A stretch of DNA of 24,000 bases, taken from assembly GCF_000190435.1 (NCBI RefSeq), contig NC_015152.1, positions 230,458 through 254,457 of the forward strand, given 5' to 3'. Shown piece after piece: positions 17,025 through 22,848 of this stretch. Position 1 is the stretch's first letter, and each line of letters begins with the position of its first letter. Both the position numbers and the translations under genes were made by a program. A model generated the notes under the pieces. The model did not search any database. It had not been told where the DNA came from and worked only from the letters and a program-made list of their open reading frames with translations. Source of the DNA: Sphaerochaeta globosa str. Buddy (GTDB lineage Bacteria; Spirochaetota; Spirochaetia; Sphaerochaetales; Sphaerochaetaceae).

Positions 17025-17053
17025 TTGATTAAGTTTCTGTGGGATAGTATGAT
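17025..17053 (+). promoter_or_regulatory. Sigma70-type promoter of the second island ATPase gene
   Basis: TTGATT (17025-17030), a 17-nt spacer and TATGAT (17048-17053) are followed by AGGAG (17068-17072) 5 nt before the ATG at 17078. A T7 run lies immediately upstream, at 17017-17023. Confidence 0.55.
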
Positions 17054-17077
17054 GTAATAGCCAGAGCAGGAGAAAAA

Positions 17078-18343
17078 ATGAGCCAATATCTTCCTCGTGT
17101 GATTGATACATTATTAGAAGAATACTTGGAAACTTTTGGAGCTGTTTATATCCGCGGACCGAAATGGTGCGGAAAAACAACCACCGCAGAGCAGAAAGCA
17201 AAGAGTATTGTTAGATTTCAAGACCCTAAAACTGGGGCATCCAACCAGATGATGGCAGAAATTGATCCATCACTATTGCTGAAAGGAGATAACCCAAGGC
17301 TTCTCGATGAATGGCAACTTGTTCCGCAAATCTGGGATGCAGTAAGGCTGCAAGTTGATGAGTTGAAAGCTGAAGGTTTGTTTATTTTAACTGGCTCTAC
17401 AGTTCCCGTTGATGATGATCAGCGTCATTCTGGAACTGGACGAATTAGTAGGTTAACTATGAGGCCGATGAGTCTCATGGAATCTGGAGATTCTAGTGGA
17501 AAGGTTTCCTTATCTTCTTTGTTTCTTGGTAAGACGTTTGAATCGGGGATATCATCCAGCTTGACAATACCTCAATTAGCGTATGTCATGGTTCGAGGAG
17601 GGTGGCCAGCTTCTATTGGTAAATCTGAAAGAGCTGCAGGACTCATAGCACAAGAATATCTTGTTTCTTTGACGGAAAGCGATCTTTCAAAAACCACAAA
17701 GACTCAAAAAAATCCAGGCCGTGTGCATGCTCTTCTTCGGAGTTATGCACGGAACATTTCGACCCTGGCTACTAATGAGAGTATAATCAAAGATATCTCA
17801 GAAAATGATATATCATTTTCTGAATCTCTTTTTTATGAGTATCTTAATGCATTGCAAAGGCTTTATGTTATAGAGGATGTCTCTGCCTGGAATCCGGCAA
17901 TTCGTTCCAAAACTGCTATTCGGTCACGCTCGAAACGAGAGTTTGTCGACCCTTCTCTCGCTGTTGCAGCACTAGGCCTAAGTCAGGCTATGTTGCTTGA
18001 TAACCTCGAGTATATGGGTTTTGTTTTCGAGACACTCTGTATTCGGGATTTGCGGATATATTCACAACAGTTCGGAGGAACAGTCTCCTACTACCATGAC
18101 AGGTATGAACTTGAATGTGATTGTGTGCTCCATCTTAGGGATGGACGATATGCACTTATTGAATGTAAGTTGGGTGGTAGCCGGATAGACGAAGGCGCTG
18201 CCCACCTGCTTGAGCTCAACTCGCTCATTACCCAGCATGGTATGAAAAAGCCCTCCTTCCTCATGGTGCTTACAGCAACTGACATAGCCTATATCAGAAC
18301 TGACGGTATTCTCGTTGTTCCTATTGGATGTTTGGGGACTTAA
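17078..18343 (+). CDS. AAA+-type ATPase with C-terminal PD-(D/E)xK-like nuclease-fold domain (AAA_14/DUF4143, COG1373-like); divergent paralog of 15443..16813
   Basis: The 421-aa ORF has Walker A 'GPKWCGKTT' and Walker B-like 'PRLLDEWQ'. The C-terminal 'ELECDCVLHLRDGRYALIECKLGG' fits a D...ExK motif. Its last codons and stop (..GGGGACTTAA) lie inside the duplicated flank of the transglutaminase-like gene. Confidence 0.8.
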   Translation: MSQYLPRVIDTLLEEYLETFGAVYIRGPKWCGKTTTAEQKAKSIVRFQDPKTGASNQMMAEIDPSLLLKGDNPRLLDEWQLVPQIWDAVRLQVDELKAEGLFILTGSTVPVDDDQRHSGTGRISRLTMRPMSLMESGDSSGKVSLSSLFLGKTFESGISSSLTIPQLAYVMVRGGWPASIGKSERAAGLIAQEYLVSLTESDLSKTTKTQKNPGRVHALLRSYARNISTLATNESIIKDISENDISFSESLFYEYLNALQRLYVIEDVSAWNPAIRSKTAIRSRSKREFVDPSLAVAALGLSQAMLLDNLEYMGFVFETLCIRDLRIYSQQFGGTVSYYHDRYELECDCVLHLRDGRYALIECKLGGSRIDEGAAHLLELNSLITQHGMKKPSFLMVLTATDIAYIRTDGILVVPIGCLGT

Positions 18344-18570
18344 CTCTGTCTCAACTTTACTATGGATTTATTGATCGTAGGCCTCAGAATCTTCTGATAG
18401 CGTAGGCTTCGGGTTCTCTCTTGTGCTTCTGGATAGCTTGGAAGAAGGCATCCGGATCGTCATAGGTTCCCAGCGTCTCGTGCTTTGGATGAAGGTATCC
18501 CATTCCTTCCAGCGGATCGGGGGGTGAAAGGTCAAAGGTACGGGAGTGCAATGCATACCTGAAGAGGCTT
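18340..18570 (-). pseudogene. Frameshifted remnant of the 3' end (about the last 75 codons) of a transglutaminase-like gene, paralogous to 20413..21129
   Basis: The two overlapping ORFs 18368..18556 and 18384..18590 each carry pieces matching the C-terminus of the 238-aa protein: 'PPIRWKEWDTFIQS' versus 'PPIHWEEGDTFIQS', and 'TLGTYDDPDAFFQA' is identical. The tail reads RYQKILRPTINKSIVKLRQS* versus RYQKILRPALNKSITKLRQL*. Relative to the intact copy there is a 1-bp deletion at 18436/18437 and a 6-bp deletion. Confidence 0.85.
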
Positions 18571-18742
18571 GGTTGTACCTTGCTGAACAAGCTTGAGCGA
18601 GAGGTTCAGTTCAGAAATGCGAAAGAGCCTGCCTTGGCCGAAGTCCAGACACTCTCTTTCGCGTTATTGAATTTTGATTCTCACAACATCTAGTGAAATA
18701 TTCTCAAATCCACTCAGTGTTACAGTTGAGAAGATTTAAGAA

Positions 18743-18823
18743 AATTTGAGAAGAATTTATGAATATTACATAAAATTTATGAAATTGATATTAAATTTGT
18801 GATTTTACCAATTGAATTTGAGA
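18743..18823. repeat. Helically phased 9-bp motif AATTTRWGA (5 copies) in the AT-rich tract upstream of the AlbA_2-type gene
   Basis: The copies are AATTTGAGA at 18743, AATTTATGA at 18754, AATTTATGA at 18774, AATTTGTGA at 18794 and AATTTGAGA at 18815. Spacings are 11, 20, 20 and 21 bp. A TTGACT hexamer follows at 18830-18835. Confidence 0.6.
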
Positions 18824-18878
18824 TTTTGGTTGACTTACCACTCTGGGTGTGCCATGGTAGCAATAGGAGGAGATCCTT

Positions 18879-20342
18879 ATGCTGCCGTGCGAACTTGAAA
18901 CATTGGTTGATGATATCGTTCATCTGCGTTGTGAATCCCAACACATTGAATTGAAGCGTTCACAGACTGAAGCACCCAAACGCCTCTATGACACCTTGTC
19001 GAGTTTTTCCAATCAGAAAGATGGGGGCATAATCATTTTCGGCGTCTATGAACACAATAATTATTCAATAACTGGCGTTGATGACCCTCAGGCTGTCCAA
19101 CAGCAGGTAAACAACCAAGCCAAGCAGATGGTCCCGATAGTCAGACCGGTATTCACGGTGGCAGAGATTGATGGCAAGGAGGTAGTGAGCGCAGAGATTG
19201 CAGAGTGCCCCATCATGGAAAAGCCCTGCTATTATGCTGGAGCCGGACGGTTGAAAGGCTCTTATATCAGGGTTGGTGATTCAGATGAGCCCATGACTGA
19301 ATATGAAGTTTACAGCTTTGAGGCTTTTCGTCAGAACATCCAGGATGAGAAGTTCCCTGCACTGAATGCCACCATGGATGATTTGAGCAGTGATAGGCTG
19401 ACTGAGTATATGCTGAAGATCAAGAGGTTCAAGGAGAATCTCTCCCAGCTTTCGCTGGAAAAAGTGCTGCGACTTCAGGGCATCACAGTCAATGGGGTGC
19501 CCACAGTAGCCGGACTGATGCTTTTCGGAGAATATCCTCAGGCATTCTTCCCGCAGCTCAGCATAACCGCCATGGTTATCGCCGGCAATATGTATTCTGA
19601 TATTAGCCAGAATGATGAACGCTTTGTTGATAACAAGCGTATCGAGGGCACAATTATCCAGATGTATGAAAGTGCCATGAAATTTATAAGCCGCAATACC
19701 CGGCAAGCAACAATCATCAACGAGAACGGGGAGCGCAACGACAGACCGGAATATCCGCTCAAGGCAGTCCGCGAGCTGGTACTCAATGCCCTGATTCACC
19801 GTGACTATAGCATTCATACCATTAATTCGCCGATACGTATTCTGTTGTTTAACAACCGTTTGGAGATTGAGAACCCAGGAGGCCTCTATGGGCGGATTAC
19901 CATTGATGAGTTGGGAAAAATGTCTGCAGATACCCGCAATCCATTCATAGCGGGTGCACTTGAAGTTTTGGTAGAGACAGAGAATCGTTTTTCCGGCATA
20001 CCTACCATCTATGCTGAGATGGAGAAGGCTCATTTGCTTCCGCCTGTATTTGAAAGCCAGCGCGGTGTATTTAGGGCCACGCTCTACAATCAGGGTAGCT
20101 TATCGATGAATCCTGATGCTGCCAATGATAGTGAATCCTCGATCATGAAAAAGATTCTTTCATTCTGCTCAGAGCCGCGTTCAAAGGATGAAATTGCAAA
20201 GCATATCGGCCTTTCCTCTGTGTATTACATCACCGCGAGGTATCTTCATCCCTTGCTTGAAAGTGCTCAGCTGAGAATGACTCTGCCCGATAGGCCCAAG
20301 AGCAAACATCAACGTTATGTTGCAGCACAGAGCAGAATCTGA
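18879..20342 (+). CDS. AlbA_2 (Schlafen-like) DNA-binding domain plus HATPase_c_4 ATPase-like domain plus C-terminal wHTH protein (often annotated as 'RecG-like' or putative transcriptional regulator)
   Basis: The 487-aa ORF has AGGAGGAG upstream of the ATG. The N-terminal 'ESQHIELKRS...LSSFSNQKDGGIIIFGV' matches the AlbA_2 pattern. The central 'LVLNALIHRDYS...IRILLFNNRLEIENPGG' matches HATPase_c_4. The C-terminal 'ILSFCSEPRSKDEIAKHIGLS' looks like a wHTH. Confidence 0.8.
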   Translation: MLPCELETLVDDIVHLRCESQHIELKRSQTEAPKRLYDTLSSFSNQKDGGIIIFGVYEHNNYSITGVDDPQAVQQQVNNQAKQMVPIVRPVFTVAEIDGKEVVSAEIAECPIMEKPCYYAGAGRLKGSYIRVGDSDEPMTEYEVYSFEAFRQNIQDEKFPALNATMDDLSSDRLTEYMLKIKRFKENLSQLSLEKVLRLQGITVNGVPTVAGLMLFGEYPQAFFPQLSITAMVIAGNMYSDISQNDERFVDNKRIEGTIIQMYESAMKFISRNTRQATIINENGERNDRPEYPLKAVRELVLNALIHRDYSIHTINSPIRILLFNNRLEIENPGGLYGRITIDELGKMSADTRNPFIAGALEVLVETENRFSGIPTIYAEMEKAHLLPPVFESQRGVFRATLYNQGSLSMNPDAANDSESSIMKKILSFCSEPRSKDEIAKHIGLSSVYYITARYLHPLLESAQLRMTLPDRPKSKHQRYVAAQSRI

Positions 20343-20406
20343 ATTCATGATGTACAACCACTTCGTCTGTTAATACGAGCACGGATAGCGTCTTGGCCGT
20401 TCCCCT

Positions 20407-20640
20407 GGGGACTTAAAGCTGCCTTAGTTTTGTAATGGACTTGTTGAGTGCAGGCCTCAGAATCTTCTGATAGCGTAGGCTTCGGGTTCTCTCTTGTGCT
20501 TCTGGATAGGCTTGGAAGAAAGCATCCGGATCGTCATAGGTCCCCAGTGTACCTGCACGCGCCTTGCTCTGGATGAAGGTATCCCCTTCTTCCCAGTGGA
20601 TGGGAGGGTTTCGGAAGTTCAACACTGCAATCCCATAGCC
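20407..20640. repeat. Second copy of a roughly 230-bp direct repeat (first copy 18334..~18560; offset 2,073 bp) with a 58-bp identical core
   Basis: The repeat starts at the shared TGGGGACTTAA just outside the stop codon. 20452-20509 is identical to 18379-18436 (58 bp: AGGCCTCAGAATCTTCTGATAGCGTAGGCTTCGGGTTCTCTCTTGTGCTTCTGGATAG). Similarity is lower on both sides of this core and fades by about 20640/18560. Confidence 0.85.
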
Positions 20641-21129
20641 ATAGAAACTGCCCATGTAATCGGGAAACTTTGCTTGGAGCTTGAGAAGGTAGGGACGGTC
20701 GACAATGTGCCCCCCGATCTCAATCCACTTGTCGTTGTAGAAAATATTCACCCAACCATGATAAAGATTATTGGGACTGATGCGGTAGGTAAGTGATCCT
20801 AGGAGGCCTCGATGGAGGACCTTGTCCACCATGCTGGCCTTCATGCGGCAGGGAACTCCCACCGCTCTGAGGATGGTCATAAGCAGGATGGTCTTGGTAA
20901 GGCAGTTGCCCAAACCGAGCTTGAGCACTTCAGAACCGCTGATGGCAAACGCTTGGGAATAACCAAAAGGAATTCCATCTCTTACGAAGGTGTAGACAGC
21001 ATCAATCTGTGCTGTTTTTGAACTGAGATTCTTCCAGCCCTTCTGTTGTACGAGAGTCTGCAGTATCGGGCTTTCGTAGTCGAGCAGCGGTGTTGGACGA
21101 AGGTATTGGTTGTCTTCAAGCGATTCCAC
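20413..21129 (-). CDS. Transglutaminase-like (cysteine-protease fold) domain protein
   Basis: The 238-aa ORF has a GTG start at 21129 with AAGGAAG 4 nt upstream. The core Cys motif is 'GLGNCLTKTILLMTILRAVGVPCR'. 'LYHGWVNIF' and 'GGHIVD' are consistent with the Cys-His-Asp triad spacing of transglutaminase-core proteins. Confidence 0.75.
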   Translation of the reverse strand: MESLEDNQYLRPTPLLDYESPILQTLVQQKGWKNLSSKTAQIDAVYTFVRDGIPFGYSQAFAISGSEVLKLGLGNCLTKTILLMTILRAVGVPCRMKASMVDKVLHRGLLGSLTYRISPNNLYHGWVNIFYNDKWIEIGGHIVDRPYLLKLQAKFPDYMGSFYGYGIAVLNFRNPPIHWEEGDTFIQSKARAGTLGTYDDPDAFFQAYPEAQERTRSLRYQKILRPALNKSITKLRQL

Positions 21130-21277
21130 AACACTTCCTTACTGACTTGGTGCTACACTGAGTATATTCCTCGTGCCTCGTTGTTGCTAGTATATCTTGC
21201 AGGAAATGTTTGGTAATTGCATACTAGAGTTGGACATATTGAGAAGTTTGTCATAAAATAGTGTCAAGGAGTAAGAC

Positions 21278-22162
21278 ATGGACAGGAAAAGTAGCCTACA
21301 AGCTCTGATGAAAGGACCGTTGGCTCCTCTCTATTTCTGCATTGGCAGTCCTGTGGTTGGCAACCCCACGCAGTATATGGTCGAAGCAGCCTTCGATGCT
21401 CTTGGCTACTGTGGCAGGTACCTGACCATCGATGTCGATGCCGAGGAGCTGGACCCAAGTATCTGGGGTCTATTGGCCATGAATTTTGCAGGAGGCAACG
21501 TTACCGCCCCCTTCAAGCAGGAGGTACTCACCTACCTCGATGAGCTTACCGAAAGTGCCAGCTTATGTGATGCGGTAAACTGCATAACCCGCAAAAGCGA
21601 TGGTACCTACATCGGGGACAACACCGACGGCAAGGGCTTTCTCCAGTCTCTGATCGCAGTGGCCCCCGATCTTAAGAAGCGCAAGGTCATGGTATTCGGC
21701 AGTGGAGGGGCTGCCTCTGCAATCGTCACCGAATTGGCTCTCTATGGAGTGCGGGAGGTAGTGGTGGTCAACCGCACCGAAGCACACGCCAAAACGCTGG
21801 TGAACAACCTGGAGGGCATTTCCAGAACCCAGCTGAAGGTCGATCGTTGGGCTGGAACTTATCAGATTGTAGAGAATGACCTGGTGGTGGTACAGGCCAC
21901 CAGTGTCGGCCTGTTCCAACCAGGTGCTTGCATTGATGTTGCCTTTGCCCCGGCACTGCAGAATGTCATTGCCTGTGATGTGGTGTTCAATCCTGTGGAA
22001 ACTGCCTTCCTGAAAAAGGCCAAGAGTGCAGGCTGCCTCACCCTCGACGGGCTTGGCATGCTGGTCAACCAAGGAGCGATTGCCATACAGCTGTGGACCG
22101 GCAAGGAACCGGACAAGGCTCTGATGCGCTCTAGCTTGGAAGAAGCATTCGCTGTATGCTGA
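21278..22162 (+). CDS. Shikimate dehydrogenase-like (AroE/YdiB-family) NAD(P)-dependent dehydrogenase, non-canonical substrate-binding motif
   Basis: The 294-aa ORF has the catalytic blocks 'GGNVTAPFKQ' (Lys) and 'GDNTDGKGF' (Asp) and the glycine-rich loop 'GSGGAASAIV'. The N-terminal motif reads 'GSPVVGNPTQYMVEAAF' where canonical AroE has GxPIxHSxSPxMHNAAF. AAGGAG lies upstream, and TTGGAC-18-TAAAAT is a possible promoter at about 21231-21260. Confidence 0.8.
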   Translation: MDRKSSLQALMKGPLAPLYFCIGSPVVGNPTQYMVEAAFDALGYCGRYLTIDVDAEELDPSIWGLLAMNFAGGNVTAPFKQEVLTYLDELTESASLCDAVNCITRKSDGTYIGDNTDGKGFLQSLIAVAPDLKKRKVMVFGSGGAASAIVTELALYGVREVVVVNRTEAHAKTLVNNLEGISRTQLKVDRWAGTYQIVENDLVVVQATSVGLFQPGACIDVAFAPALQNVIACDVVFNPVETAFLKKAKSAGCLTLDGLGMLVNQGAIAIQLWTGKEPDKALMRSSLEEAFAVC

Positions 22163-22195
22163 CAAAAGAATGCAAGTACTGTACTATGGGCGACT

Positions 22196-22744
22196 ATGAA
22201 CTACTACTTCATTGCATGTAGAACCGGCGGAGAAGAGAAAGTACGGGCTCACCTGAACAAGTTCTTTATCAGAGAACGGGGGGAAATGCATGAAGTGGAT
22301 ATCTTCATTCCCATGCGACGCATGATCGATCGGCGCAAGGGAAAGAAGATTATGTCCGACCATCCCATTCTTCCCGGGTACCTGTTGCTCTCCAGTGAGG
22401 AACCGCTCACTGACTTTGTAATGGATATTCACCGAATTCCGGGTTGCTATGGATTTTTACACAACTTGGACAAGACAATAGAACTCAAGGGACCCGACCA
22501 TCAGTACGCTGCTTGGATTATGCACAACAAAGGAACGATAAAGCCCTCCAAGGTTGTGTATACGCAAGGCGAGCCGATTAAGGTGGTGGAAGGCCCGCTT
22601 CAGGATTTCATGGGGACCGTTATTTCAGTCGACTACCGGCATAATCGGGTTATGGTCGAGTTCCAGTTCGCCGAAGTAATTCGCAAGGTGAGCATGCCCG
22701 TTGAGTTTATTCAGCCCGATAGCGGCACTCCCAATCTCGACTAA
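22196..22744 (+). CDS. NusG-family specialised paralog (RfaH/LoaP/UpxY-like transcription antiterminator)
   Basis: The 182-aa ORF has an NGN-like N-terminus, 'YYFIACRTGGEEKVRAHL...ILPGYLLL', and a C-terminal KOW motif, 'GEPIKVVEGPLQDFMGTVISVD'. It sits immediately upstream of a polysaccharide biosynthesis gene. Confidence 0.75.
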   Translation: MNYYFIACRTGGEEKVRAHLNKFFIRERGEMHEVDIFIPMRRMIDRRKGKKIMSDHPILPGYLLLSSEEPLTDFVMDIHRIPGCYGFLHNLDKTIELKGPDHQYAAWIMHNKGTIKPSKVVYTQGEPIKVVEGPLQDFMGTVISVDYRHNRVMVEFQFAEVIRKVSMPVEFIQPDSGTPNLD

Positions 22745-22848
22745 GACAGACTATTCCTACAGATTCCTAGGACTAAAAGTGGTGACACATCTGCCAAGGT
22801 GTGGTATGAAGGTAGCTACTGGTTGGGTGATCCAAGAGTGAGGTGCAT

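Noticed and set aside
16797-17057. Two ORFs (86 and 72 aa) encoding a repetitive peptide ('KSLQWITAKVSSGLPQKSPVDYR' x n) across the 23-bp repeat array.
   Set aside because: The 23-bp unit contains no stop codon in these frames, so tandem copies automatically create open frames with a 69-nt periodic peptide. There is no SD. One ORF starts inside the upstream gene's last codons, and the 2-bp variant unit shifts the frame. The feature is best explained as non-coding DNA repeats.
18628-18690. The inverted repeat GCGAAAGAG...CTCTTTCGC followed by a T-rich stretch, a possible terminator left of the AT-rich tract.
   Set aside because: The loop is about 26 nt, which is large for an intrinsic terminator. 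No plus-strand gene ends upstream of it. It may be relic sequence of the disrupted locus.
19281-20033. A 250-aa ORF antisense to the AlbA_2/HATPase_c_4 gene.
   Set aside because: It is a shadow frame of a gene with strong domain motifs and a strong SD. Its translation has no motifs and no ribosome-binding site.
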